From assembly GCA_964541505.1 (NCBI GenBank), contig CAZIRG010000001.1:1-42643 (forward strand): 42,643 bases of DNA, given 5' to 3'. Positions 32,188-41,586 of this stretch are shown here, one piece after another. The position numbers were made by a program, and so were the translations under genes. This DNA is from an uncultured Syntrophomonadaceae bacterium (GTDB lineage Bacteria; Bacillota; Dethiobacteria; PWVN01). Each line of letters starts with the position of its first letter. The stretch's first letter is position 1. Below the pieces are notes generated by a model that was given only the letters and a program-made list of their open reading frames with translations, was not told the origin of the DNA and did not search any database.

Positions 32188-34947
32188 TTAATCTCTTAAC
32201 CTCATTTCACCCACCACCGAAACACAACGGGGACAAAGTCCGGGATAATCCTCATCTGTGCTAATCTCTTCACTGTATATCCAGCAACGAGGACATTTTT
32301 CTCCGGCTGCTTTAGCAATTTTTATCTTTATTTCTTCTCCATTATCTGAAAAAGGATGTAGTTGACACTCAGAAACAATAAAAAGCTCTGCCAGATCATC
32401 TCTAAAACCCTCTAAATCTTTAAAAACTTTTTCTGTACCCGGATAGATCTCCACCCTGGCTTCCAGAGAGCTGCGAATTTCTTTTCTTTGTCTCATTTCT
32501 TCCAGAAAAAGCGTAACTTTTTCTCGCACCTGCAACATAGCTTGCCATTTTTTTGCTAGATCTTGATTTAGATATTCTTCTCTTAATTTCGGCCAAGAAA
32601 CCAACTGCACGGACTCTGCTTCCTTTTTCGGCAGGTGTTGCCATATTTCTTCTGCTGTAAAAGATAAAACTGGTGCCATCAATTTTACCAAAGTCGTTAG
32701 TATTTCATACATTACTGTTTGGGCAGATCGACGACTACGAGAAACAGACGGAGAAACATACAAACGGTCTTTCAGTACATCCAAATAAAAATTACTCATA
32801 TCCACCACACAGAAATTGTGAATAGCGTGGAACAGATGATGGTACTCATAACTTTCGTAAGCATTAGTGACATCCTGCACTAAGTTCTGTAAACGATGCA
32901 AGGCAAAGCGATCCAGTTCCGTCAATTCACTGTAGGGTAAAGAATCTTTAACTGGATCAAAATCAAAACAATTCCCCAGTAAAAAACGAGAAGTATTACG
33001 AATTTTTCTATAAACCTCCGCAAGTTGTTTCAAAATAGCAGCAGATACACGTACATCTGATTTGAAATCAGCAGAGGATACCCAGAGACGCAAAACATCT
33101 GCGCCAACTTCTTTAATGATTTTTTCCGGGGCTATAACATTACCCTGAGATTTTGACATTTTCTTGCCGTTACCATCCACAACCCAACCATGGGCTAATG
33201 TAATACGATAAGGAGCCTTCCCCCGAGTAGCTACTGCTGTAAGTAAAGAAGACTGAAACCAACCTCGGTATTGATCATTACCTTCTAGGTACATATCTGC
33301 AGGCCAAGCGAGTTCCTCCCGCACATCACATACGGCTGCATGACTAGAGCCGGAGTCAAACCAAACATCCATAATATCTGTTTCCTTACGGAAAGATTTT
33401 CCACCACAACGACAAGTATAACCTGCTGGTAAAAGTTCAGATGAGTCCTTGATAAACCAAGCATCTGAACCTTCTGCCTGAAAGATCGCTGCTATAGATT
33501 TTATTGTTTTTTCTTCTATGATTGCCTCTTGGCAGTCCCGGCAATAAAAAATAGGGATAGGTACCCCCCAGGCTCTTTGACGAGAAATACACCAATCTCC
33601 CCGATCAATTACCATGTTCGCCATACGGTCCTCTCCCCAAGCAGGAATCCAGCGTACATCCTTAATAGCTTGCAGAACATCCTGGCGAAAGCCTTCTATT
33701 GAAGCAAACCATTGTTCGGTAGCTCGAAAAAGAACAGGCTTTTTACAGCGCCAGCAATGAGGATACTGGTGTTTAATAAACTCCATATGCAAAAGAAGCC
33801 CTTCTTTTTCCAGTGCCTCTGTTACTGCTTTATTAGCATCAGCATAACCTAAACCAGCAAACTGCTTAGCTTCAGCTGTAAATACTCCCTTGTTGTCCAT
33901 AGGAGCAAAAATAGGCAAATTATATTTTAATCCCAGTTCATAGTCATCCTGACCATGACCGGGAGCCGTATGCACACATCCTGTACCCTGTTCCAAAGTA
34001 ACATGATCTCCTAAAACGAAACGGGAATCCCTGTCATACAGGGGATGATAGCAAACAATATCTTCCAATTCTGCTCCCTTGAACATTTTTAAAACCTGAT
34101 ACTCTGTTGTTCCAGCAACCCTGAGAGCTTCTTCCAGCAACCCAACTGCAAAAAGAAGTTTATCTCCTCCTATTTCTGCCAGCAAATAATCAAATTCGGG
34201 ATGTACAGCAATAGCATAGTTAGCTGGAATGGTCCAAGGGGTAGTAGTCCAAATTAAAACAAAAGCATTTTCAATATCCTCAAATTTACCCTGATCATCT
34301 TTGATCGGAAATTTAACATAAATAGACGGCGAACGACGATCATTATATTCTATTTCTGCTTCCGCCAGAGCTGTTTCACATGACGGACACCAAAAAACAG
34401 GTTTGAGACCCTTATAAATATAACCTTTCCTAGCCATCTCACCAAAAACTTCTATCTGCCGTGCTTCAAAAGTAGGGGAAAGTGTCAGATATGGGTTATC
34501 CCAGTCTCCTCCTATACCCAATCGCTTGAACTGTTCTCTTTGAATAGCCACATATTTTAAAGCATAATCCCGGCACATACGACGAAACTCCAAAACATCT
34601 GTTTCATGTCTTTTAATCTTTTTTGTTTTGATGATTTGGTGTTCAATAGGCAGCCCATGGGTATCCCATCCCGGCACATAGGACGAATCGTATCCTTGCA
34701 TCCTCTTGAATTTAACTATTATATCCTTTAAAACTTTGTTTAAAACGTGCCCTATGTGAATATCTCCATTGGCATAAGGGGGACCGTCATGAAGAATGAA
34801 TTTTTCTTTTCCCTTACCTGACGTCCGTATTTTTCCTTCCAAATCCATCTCTTCCCATTTTCTTAAAATTTCCGGCTCTCTCTTAGGGAGTTGAGCTCGC
34901 ATAGGAAAATCAGTCTTGGGGAGATTTAAAGTTTTGCTATAATCCAA
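32188..34947 (-). CDS. ileS: Isoleucine-tRNA ligase
   Basis: It has HIGH (DIHIGHVLNK), KMSKS and the C-terminal zinc motifs CPRCW...CPRC. The start is TTG. Confidence 0.93.
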   Translation of the reverse strand: MDYSKTLNLPKTDFPMRAQLPKREPEILRKWEEMDLEGKIRTSGKGKEKFILHDGPPYANGDIHIGHVLNKVLKDIIVKFKRMQGYDSSYVPGWDTHGLPIEHQIIKTKKIKRHETDVLEFRRMCRDYALKYVAIQREQFKRLGIGGDWDNPYLTLSPTFEARQIEVFGEMARKGYIYKGLKPVFWCPSCETALAEAEIEYNDRRSPSIYVKFPIKDDQGKFEDIENAFVLIWTTTPWTIPANYAIAVHPEFDYLLAEIGGDKLLFAVGLLEEALRVAGTTEYQVLKMFKGAELEDIVCYHPLYDRDSRFVLGDHVTLEQGTGCVHTAPGHGQDDYELGLKYNLPIFAPMDNKGVFTAEAKQFAGLGYADANKAVTEALEKEGLLLHMEFIKHQYPHCWRCKKPVLFRATEQWFASIEGFRQDVLQAIKDVRWIPAWGEDRMANMVIDRGDWCISRQRAWGVPIPIFYCRDCQEAIIEEKTIKSIAAIFQAEGSDAWFIKDSSELLPAGYTCRCGGKSFRKETDIMDVWFDSGSSHAAVCDVREELAWPADMYLEGNDQYRGWFQSSLLTAVATRGKAPYRITLAHGWVVDGNGKKMSKSQGNVIAPEKIIKEVGADVLRLWVSSADFKSDVRVSAAILKQLAEVYRKIRNTSRFLLGNCFDFDPVKDSLPYSELTELDRFALHRLQNLVQDVTNAYESYEYHHLFHAIHNFCVVDMSNFYLDVLKDRLYVSPSVSRSRRSAQTVMYEILTTLVKLMAPVLSFTAEEIWQHLPKKEAESVQLVSWPKLREEYLNQDLAKKWQAMLQVREKVTLFLEEMRQRKEIRSSLEARVEIYPGTEKVFKDLEGFRDDLAELFIVSECQLHPFSDNGEEIKIKIAKAAGEKCPRCWIYSEEISTDEDYPGLCPRCVSVVGEMRLRD

Positions 34948-34969
34948 TTTTACCTTTCACCTCTCACTT

Positions 34970-35437
34970 TCAGTTCTGCTCTTCTTCCTGCATCCAGTCT
35001 TCCGTTTCTAGCACTGATAACTGTGCTTCCACCAACGAACGAAACCGCATTTTAAAAATCTGTGCTTGTTTATAAAGCTCATCATGTTCAGATAATATCC
35101 TACTAGCCTTATATCGAGCATCTTCCACTATTCTAGCCCCATCTTTTTCTGCTTCTCTGCGAATCAAATCCGCTTCCTTGGAAGCATTCCTTTTTACCTC
35201 TTCTGCCGTCTCTTGAGCCACAATAATAGCATTATGTAAAGTTTTTTCGATATTATGATAATGCCCCAATTTTTCTTTCAGCTGTTCTACTTGCTCTTTT
35301 GATGCCATGTTTTCTTTGATAATTTCCTCGAAGTCTTTAGCAATTCTATCCAGAAATTCATTTACTTCATCCGGATTATATCCCCGGAAACCTCTGCTAA
35401 ACTCCTTATTTTGTATGTCCAACGGTGTCAATGCCAT
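34970..35437 (-). CDS. divIVA: Cell-division protein DivIVA
   Basis: It begins MALTPLDIQNKEFSRGFRGY, followed by a coiled coil. ATG 35437 lies 7 nt after GGAGGA, and the ORF-track start at 35494 is in the same frame. Confidence 0.9.
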   Translation of the reverse strand: MALTPLDIQNKEFSRGFRGYNPDEVNEFLDRIAKDFEEIIKENMASKEQVEQLKEKLGHYHNIEKTLHNAIIVAQETAEEVKRNASKEADLIRREAEKDGARIVEDARYKASRILSEHDELYKQAQIFKMRFRSLVEAQLSVLETEDWMQEEEQN

Positions 35438-35514
35438 TTTACATTCCTCCATCATATTTATTTTATTTATCAACACCATTCGACAAGGAGACAAGGTTCC
35501 CCTGCCTAGTAGGC

Positions 35515-36300
35515 TTAGTAATATTTTTTAAGCACCAACCGAACACGCCCTTTACGACTTTTCCCAGTCACCAAAGCCAGCTCAACTCTCCCTTTGCCGG
35601 CAATAGAAATAATGTCTCCTTCTTTTAAAAGAGCCGATGAATTTTTTACAGGTTGCCAGTTAACTTTGACCTGCTCTGCTTTAATAACAGCAACCATTTT
35701 TGTTCTAGATACAGCATACCCCAGACTAGCCACGGCATCTAAGCGTAACGAAGCTACTGTACCTTTAATCTCTTTGACACGCTTCGCCGGCAACTCAAAG
35801 CTATCAGCTTCCAGAGGTTCTATTTTTACCGTTGACCGGTGTATTTGTTTCAAATTAGAAATAATATAGGGCGCTACCTCCTTAGTTACTATAACTTTAA
35901 CTACATCCTCAAAAACCACAATATCACCCAAAGTTTCTCTTTTCAACCCCAATGACAAAAGTGCTCCCAGTACATCTCTGTGTGTAATGTCAGTAAATCT
36001 AAAATTACCACTAATCAAAAGATAGGCAACCTCTATATCATGAACTTCCTGTTTGTAACAGGAAAGCATTATAGCTATTCTTGTCCGTTCTGTGCTGGGA
36101 TAACCGCCATAATTAAAAAAACTTATCCCATCGATTTTATGCAAAACTTTTTCGGCCACCTTTTGCTGATGAGGATCCAAAAACCCCGTCAAAACAGTTC
36201 GTCGCTGTTTTATCGCCTGTAACCCTTTATCGATAATTTGACTTGCAAACGTTCTATCTAAACTGTCCGCAAACTGATTAATTATTTCTTTACTGTCCAT
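35515..36300 (-). CDS. ylmH: YlmH-family RNA-binding protein (S4 domain)
   Basis: It has a C-terminal S4-like block (RLDAVASLGYAVSRTKMVAVIKAEQVKVNW) and lies between yggT and divIVA. Confidence 0.8.
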   Translation of the reverse strand: MDSKEIINQFADSLDRTFASQIIDKGLQAIKQRRTVLTGFLDPHQQKVAEKVLHKIDGISFFNYGGYPSTERTRIAIMLSCYKQEVHDIEVAYLLISGNFRFTDITHRDVLGALLSLGLKRETLGDIVVFEDVVKVIVTKEVAPYIISNLKQIHRSTVKIEPLEADSFELPAKRVKEIKGTVASLRLDAVASLGYAVSRTKMVAVIKAEQVKVNWQPVKNSSALLKEGDIISIAGKGRVELALVTGKSRKGRVRLVLKKYY

Positions 36301-36367
36301 AAACTTCCCCCTATTTTGGAGGTTGGAAAGTTGTAAGTAACACCTCTCGTCCCCCGTCCTACCCCCA

Positions 36368-36395
36368 TCTAACCTCTAACCTCTAACCTCTAAAT
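36368..36395 (-). repeat. Tandem heptamer TCTAACC x3 plus a partial copy (GGTTAGA on the coding strand)
   Basis: There are perfect copies at 36368-74, 36375-81 and 36382-88, followed by TCTAAAT. The tract faces the purine-rich arm GGAGGTTGGAAAG at 36318-36330. Confidence 0.75.
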
Positions 36396-36403
36396 AATGC
36401 CTT

Positions 36404-36682
36404 TTATAGCAATGAAAGTATTAAATTCCTGACGATATTCAAAAGAACTAATGCTATTAGTGGGGATAAATCCAAATAACCTGCCCCAACTTGTATAGGT
36501 GGAATAAGGTTACGGAAAGGAGCTAAAACCGGTTCTGTCACCTTAAAAACTATCATACGCAGTTGATAAAGAAAATGACTGCTGTGGGAAGTAGTGGCAA
36601 AAAAACTTAATATAATTCTAATCAGAAGTGCATAGTAAAAAATTTGAAAAGCAAGGTCAATCACATTGGCAATTGGTGTCAT
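36404..36682 (-). CDS. yggT: YggT/YlmG-family membrane protein
   Basis: It is a 92-aa two-TM protein that contains EPVLAPFRNLIP and lies after sepF. Confidence 0.85.
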   Translation of the reverse strand: MTPIANVIDLAFQIFYYALLIRIILSFFATTSHSSHFLYQLRMIVFKVTEPVLAPFRNLIPPIQVGAGYLDLSPLIALVLLNIVRNLILSLL

Positions 36683-36706
36683 TTGTATCCTCCTAACATT
36701 ATTATT

Positions 36707-37150
36707 TTATTTTGTTTCTTTGAAGGTTGTTTCCTCTTTTTGTTGGCGGACTATTTTCTTTTTGAGTTCTGTTGTCAACTCTATATTTTCTGGTGAAAAA
36801 ATAAAGATGCTCTCACTGATTTTCTGTACATTAGCACTCAAGGCGTAAGCCGTACCACTGGCAAAATCCAAGATTCGCCTAGCAACATCCACGTTGGCAT
36901 CCTCCATGTTTACAACTACCGCCCTACGATTTTTCAAATGGTCGGCGACTGTTTTTGCATCTGAAAAATCATCTGGTTTCAGGATAACCATTCGATGGCT
37001 TTTCACTGTTTGCATATTTATAAGCTTCCCTTTATTGGAACTCCGAACATTATATCCAACAACGGACTCGTCCTTTACTCCTTTTTGATATACTGCTTCT
37101 TCCTCAGCTAATCCTAAATAAAGCAACATTTTTTCCCATAATCTAGACAA
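36707..37150 (-). CDS. sepF: Cell-division protein SepF
   Basis: It has the N-terminal amphipathic LSRLWEKMLLYLGL and the C-terminal block AVVVNMEDANVDVARRILDFASGTAYAL. TTG 37150 lies 8 nt after GGGAGG, which removes the overlap with ylmE that the ORF-track start at 37198 implies. Confidence 0.85.
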   Translation of the reverse strand: MSRLWEKMLLYLGLAEEEAVYQKGVKDESVVGYNVRSSNKGKLINMQTVKSHRMVILKPDDFSDAKTVADHLKNRRAVVVNMEDANVDVARRILDFASGTAYALSANVQKISESIFIFSPENIELTTELKKKIVRQQKEETTFKETK

Positions 37151-37166
37151 AAGATATTCCTCCCTC

Positions 37167-37835
37167 TTATTTAAAAATAAGACTGCCAATCCGAACAATA
37201 TTAGCCCCTTCCTCCAAAGCCACTACAAAATCGTTGCTCATACCCATAGAAAGATAGTTTAAGCTTACCCCAGACACTTTTAAGGTTTTAAAAATAACGC
37301 TCATTTCCCGAAAATACGGCCTAATCTCCTCTGGATCAGGTACAAAAGGAGCCATAGTCATAAGACCTGTTACTTTTAAAAAAGGCAACTCTCTTACCGC
37401 CTCCAAAAAATCTTTAACTTCTCCTGGAGATAATCCATGCTTGCTCTTTTCTCCGGCAATGTTTATCTGTACTAAAGTTTCGATTTCCTCTTCCTTCTTC
37501 GTAGCTAGCCGACTTATTTCCCGGGCAAGTTTGTAGCTGTCTAGGGAATGAATTAAAGAAAAACGAGGGAGAACATCTTTAACTTTATTAGTTTGCAAGT
37601 GTCCTATAAAATGCCACTTTATATCCAAAGGAGTAGCAGAAAGCTTTTCCCTAGCTTTCTGGAAACGATTTTCACCAAAGTTCCTAATACCACAGTCGTA
37701 AGTTTCCATAACCTGCTCAACGGTAGCCTCTTTGGATACTACTACCAAAGTAATATCAGCTGCACTTTTTCCTGCTTTCACGGCTGCTGCACTTATCTTC
37801 TCTTGCACATATTTCAAATTAGCAGCAATACTCAT
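37167..37835 (-). CDS. yggS: PLP-binding protein YggS/YlmE
   Basis: It contains VVSKEATVEQV (the PLP lysine), HFIGHLQTNK and SMGMSNDF. Confidence 0.9.
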   Translation of the reverse strand: MSIAANLKYVQEKISAAAVKAGKSAADITLVVVSKEATVEQVMETYDCGIRNFGENRFQKAREKLSATPLDIKWHFIGHLQTNKVKDVLPRFSLIHSLDSYKLAREISRLATKKEEEIETLVQINIAGEKSKHGLSPGEVKDFLEAVRELPFLKVTGLMTMAPFVPDPEEIRPYFREMSVIFKTLKVSGVSLNYLSMGMSNDFVVALEEGANIVRIGSLIFK

Positions 37836-37881
37836 AGCTTATCACTCCCAATTCCCAAAGTAGTGACTATCGACTACTAAT

Positions 37882-37909
37882 ATTCTACTCTTTTTTATAT
37901 AAATTGTAA
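37882..37909 (-). promoter_or_regulatory. Candidate internal promoter for ylmE-sepF-yggT-ylmH
   Basis: On the minus strand, TTACAA (37904-37909), a 16-nt spacer and TAGAAT (37882-37887) form a possible promoter. Confidence 0.3.
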
Positions 37910-37915
37910 AGACAA

Positions 37916-38884
37916 CTACAGTCGCTGCCCTTCTCTGAAAAAACGAGGGTTTTTAACTATTTCCCACCCTGGTTCCAATCCTTCTACTATTATTTTTCCT
38001 TCCGTTTCATCTCTTTTAAAAACCTCCACTTCTACAAATCTTATAGTAGAACGATCTAGGTGCAGCACACCTTTTTTCTCTTCCCTAGTAACCAAGGCAG
38101 AAACAGGGATAGCAACCCTTTTCTCCCTTTGGTAAATAATTCTCGCTTCTTCCCAACGACGGCGATAAAAATCTTCTAGATCACGAGAAAGTGAAAATAT
38201 AATTAAGTAAAAACCTTCTTCCAATTCAACTCGCTGAAAAGAGTTAGCTGGTATTATTTCTGAGGCAAAGGCAAAATCAAGCCATATTCTACCGTTTTCC
38301 AGTAGTTTTTTGTTCTCCTCTTCTGTCAAAATCAAAAAATAGTACCAATTAAAATTTTCTACAACTTTGAACAACGGAGCATTAGGTATAATTTCTTGGC
38401 CAGAAGCATAATGCTGCGGTAAAGGTGAAAGGGCTAAAAAGGTTTCTTTATCTGGCTGCCAGTTCCTGTAAGGATAAATCAAACCTTCCAATCCATCAAT
38501 GTAAGGAGAAAAAATTCCTGCTACCGGCGCAACTATAACGGTTTCCTCCCCCCCGGGCAATACTATTTTAGCTACAGGCTCCCCAACAGCGACTCGCTGG
38601 CCTTCTTCTCGAAGCCAAGTAATTGTGCCTCTCGTACCAGTTGCTACTATTCTTTCCTGAAACCCTAAAAGACCCTCAACTGTAATATAGTATTCCTGAA
38701 AGACCTCTTCTACCATCTCTGTTCTCAAAATAAAAGATAAGAAATAACCCGAAAAAAAACTCCAGAGAAGCTGTAGACACAACAAAATAAATAAAGTCTT
38801 TACTAGTATCATGACCAGCTTATTGTTTTTTTGGTGATAGTTGTTTTTTTTTGTTTGTGGGAAAGAAATAATTTTTCCAGCCAT
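37916..38884 (-). CDS. Membrane-anchored HlyD-like (biotin-lipoyl-like barrel) protein
   Basis: It has an N-terminal TM helix. The motif RVAVGEPVAKIV...VIVAPVAGIF resembles the lipoyl-like hairpin of membrane-fusion proteins. No clear SD precedes ATG 38884. Confidence 0.55.
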   Translation of the reverse strand: MAGKIISFPQTKKNNYHQKNNKLVMILVKTLFILLCLQLLWSFFSGYFLSFILRTEMVEEVFQEYYITVEGLLGFQERIVATGTRGTITWLREEGQRVAVGEPVAKIVLPGGEETVIVAPVAGIFSPYIDGLEGLIYPYRNWQPDKETFLALSPLPQHYASGQEIIPNAPLFKVVENFNWYYFLILTEEENKKLLENGRIWLDFAFASEIIPANSFQRVELEEGFYLIIFSLSRDLEDFYRRRWEEARIIYQREKRVAIPVSALVTREEKKGVLHLDRSTIRFVEVEVFKRDETEGKIIVEGLEPGWEIVKNPRFFREGQRL

Positions 38885-38895
38885 CTTTTAATCAT

Positions 38896-38982
38896 AAGGG
38901 GACACATTTTCTAAATGTTATGGAACATACATCCCCTTTAAAGAAAGGTATGTCCCATTTCTAATAGAGAATTGTATGCCCC
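38896..38982. repeat. Array of four related 11-14-nt motifs
   Basis: The motifs are AAGGGGACACAT (inverted) and ACATACATCCCCTT, GGTATGTCCCA and TTGTATGCCCC (direct, spaced about 21-26 bp). They sit at 38896-907, 38925-38, 38947-57 and 38972-82. The first two form an AAGGGGA/TCCCCTT inverted repeat. Confidence 0.55.
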
Positions 38983-39000
38983 GCCCTCTTTTCCTGTATT

Positions 39001-39516
39001 TTAGTAAGAAGTAAAAAAGACTACTTTTCCATATTTTAATGATCGGGGAACATCAATCAACCTTTGATTATCAGATCCTCTAAAAGCAAGCAACACATTT
39101 TTTCTCTTTTGCACAAACGGACCATCTATTAGAATATCTGTAACCTGCAACAATCTTTGCCAGCCTTGATTTACTTTGGTTTTTTGCAAGATTTCTTCAA
39201 ATGTAAAACCAGAGTAAGTTACTATATGTCCTCCGGTCTCTTTAATCTTTTTACCCAGAACAGCCAAGGCAGAAGCTTGAGAAAAAGGTTCTCCGCCAGA
39301 AAAAGTAATTCCATCTAAGTGTTGTTGCTCCGCTATGATTTTAAGCAGGTCATCAATATCATATAACTTGCCACCGGAGAAATCTTGTGCCGCCGGATTA
39401 TGACAACCAGCACATCTATGCGGACATCCTTGCACGAAGAATACCAGCCTTATACCAGGACCATCTACAACGCTCATCTTTTCTATCCCTGCCAGTCTGA
39501 TCTTCCCAATAGTCAT
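39001..39516 (-). CDS. nrdG: Anaerobic ribonucleotide reductase activating protein (radical SAM)
   Basis: It has the CxxxCxxC cluster GCPHRCAGCHNP and the block ITFSGGEP, and it follows nrdD. Confidence 0.9.
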   Translation of the reverse strand: MTIGKIRLAGIEKMSVVDGPGIRLVFFVQGCPHRCAGCHNPAAQDFSGGKLYDIDDLLKIIAEQQHLDGITFSGGEPFSQASALAVLGKKIKETGGHIVTYSGFTFEEILQKTKVNQGWQRLLQVTDILIDGPFVQKRKNVLLAFRGSDNQRLIDVPRSLKYGKVVFFTSY

Positions 39517-39559
39517 TCACCCCTCACTCCTCGTCCCTCCTCGGAGGCCTTACCACTTC

Positions 39560-41581
39560 TCACACATGAGTTTTGCGAGCCTTAAGCTCGGCACTCTTGG
39601 CAAAATTAAACCGATCTTCAGTAGAGAGATAGCCGGTTATTCTTCTAATGCGTCTAATGCTCAAGCTGCCGCACTCAGGACATTTATTCGGTATAATATT
39701 GGAGAACCCACAAAAACGACACTCATCAATAGGAAAATTAATGCCGCCATAACCTATATCGGAGTCAGACATATGTCGGATAATCTTTTCTACCGCACTA
39801 CCATTATGCAACGGAGGAGACGGCAACTCAACATAAGATATGTGTCCGGCATTGCAATATTTATGAAACTTCCCTTCAATGGTAAGTTTGTCGAATAGAG
39901 ATATTTCGTAATTTACCGGCACATGATAAGAATTAGTATAGTATTCCTTATCAGTAACTCCCGAAATAATGCCATATTTTTCCTTATCTAGGGCGATAAA
40001 TCTGCCCGATAACCCTTCAGCAGGAGTAGCGTATAAAACCATATTCAAATCATACTCTTCGGCAAACTGATCAACTCTCTTCCGCATATGTTCAATGATT
40101 TTTAGACCTAGGGTAAGAGCTTCTTTATCTTCCCCATGATGCTTATTCATTAGCAAAATAAGAGTCTCTGCCAACCCGATAAAGCCAATGGCTAGGGTTC
40201 CATGCTTTACTGCTTCCCTAATATTGTCATCAGGTTCCAACGTCTCTGAACCCATATACAATCGTTGTCCCATTAAAAATGGTAAATCTTTGACTCTTAA
40301 ATTCCCGATGACTTCAAAACGATGCACCAACTGCTGGACAGCCAAACGTAGCAGACGGTCCATTTCCACAAAAAATAAATTCTCGTTTTTTGTATCTAAG
40401 GCCAAGCGAGGCAGGTTCAAGGTAACCGGTGCTATATTGCCTCGCCCTATAGAAATTTCTTCCCCATGACGATTGCCTATGGTGCGAGTACGACACCCCA
40501 TATAAGAAACTTCATCAGCATATGGTTTATTAACGCTGCTGTCCATGAAACTAAAAGTTGGATTCATTCTTTTTGAAGTTACCTTGATAGCCTGCTTAAA
40601 AAGGTCATAATTAGGGTCTTGCGGCTCAAAGTTAATTCCTTTCTTAAGTCTGAAAACTAGGTTAGGAAAAATAGGACTCTCACCTCTCCCCAAGCCTTTC
40701 TCAAAAGCTTTTAATATCGCTCGTGTTACCATGCACCCCTCTTTCGTTGTGTCCGTACCTAAATTAATGGATGAAAAAGGAACCTGAGCTCCGGCTCTGG
40801 AATGCATAGTATTCAGGTTATACACTAATCCCTCCATGGCCTGAAATATTTCGTCCTCCCCTGGAGTTTCTTTCATGTTTCTTATGATATCCGCCATAGT
40901 CTTGTCAAAATGAGGAAAACTCTGACCACCAAACATATCGTTCTGGTTGCTTTGTAAAATTATAGCCGCTTGTGCCACAGCTGAAGTAATTCGCCGAGGT
41001 GGTCTGATATAACCATATCCTGTATTAAATCCCTCCTTGAGGAGTCTTTTTAAATCAATCTGCAAGCAATTCAGGGTTTTGCCATAATAATCTAAATCAT
41101 GCACATGAAATCTACCCTGGATATGAGCTTGAGCAAATTCTTCTGGCAATAGATTTGTTAGGTAATATTTTTTGCTAGCAGCCATTGCAATTTGCAGCAT
41201 CTTGGCAGAAGGAGAATTGCTGATATTAGCATTTTCTTTACTGGTTTCTATCAAAATATCTTTAACCGTTTCCATTAATTCAGACTTTCCTTCGCGTATT
41301 CTTGTTCTTTTAGCACGATACAAGATATAAGCTTTAGCTGTTTTGGCATGTCCATTTTCTATTAAGACCTTTTCTACCGCATCCTGAACATCTTCTACAG
41401 CTGGTATAATACCGTTAAAGCCCAGCCTTTTTAAATATTCCTCCACTTGTCCAGTCAGATTTTCAGCCAAAGCACGATCCTGACCTCCCACCGCTTCTGC
41501 CGATTTAAAAATAGCATCAGTTATTTTTTTTGCGTCATAGGGGACAACCCGTCCATCTCGTTTTTTAATTTCAGCAAACAT
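39560..41581 (-). CDS. nrdD: Anaerobic (class III) ribonucleoside-triphosphate reductase
   Basis: It has an N-terminal ATP-cone (IKKRDGRVVPYDAKKI), the C-terminal Zn ribbon CRFCG...CPECG and the glycyl-radical motif RRITGYL. Confidence 0.92.
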   Translation of the reverse strand: MFAEIKKRDGRVVPYDAKKITDAIFKSAEAVGGQDRALAENLTGQVEEYLKRLGFNGIIPAVEDVQDAVEKVLIENGHAKTAKAYILYRAKRTRIREGKSELMETVKDILIETSKENANISNSPSAKMLQIAMAASKKYYLTNLLPEEFAQAHIQGRFHVHDLDYYGKTLNCLQIDLKRLLKEGFNTGYGYIRPPRRITSAVAQAAIILQSNQNDMFGGQSFPHFDKTMADIIRNMKETPGEDEIFQAMEGLVYNLNTMHSRAGAQVPFSSINLGTDTTKEGCMVTRAILKAFEKGLGRGESPIFPNLVFRLKKGINFEPQDPNYDLFKQAIKVTSKRMNPTFSFMDSSVNKPYADEVSYMGCRTRTIGNRHGEEISIGRGNIAPVTLNLPRLALDTKNENLFFVEMDRLLRLAVQQLVHRFEVIGNLRVKDLPFLMGQRLYMGSETLEPDDNIREAVKHGTLAIGFIGLAETLILLMNKHHGEDKEALTLGLKIIEHMRKRVDQFAEEYDLNMVLYATPAEGLSGRFIALDKEKYGIISGVTDKEYYTNSYHVPVNYEISLFDKLTIEGKFHKYCNAGHISYVELPSPPLHNGSAVEKIIRHMSDSDIGYGGINFPIDECRFCGFSNIIPNKCPECGSLSIRRIRRITGYLSTEDRFNFAKSAELKARKTHV

Positions 41582-41586
41582 ATTTT

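Noticed and set aside
36368-36395. TTAGAGG tandem repeat as a telomere-like sequence or a CRISPR-like array
   Set aside because: There are only 3.5 copies of a 7-mer, with no spacers, and the tract is internal to a housekeeping operon. It is better described as part of the heptamer-tract phenomenon. No repeat-spacer architecture exists anywhere in the window.
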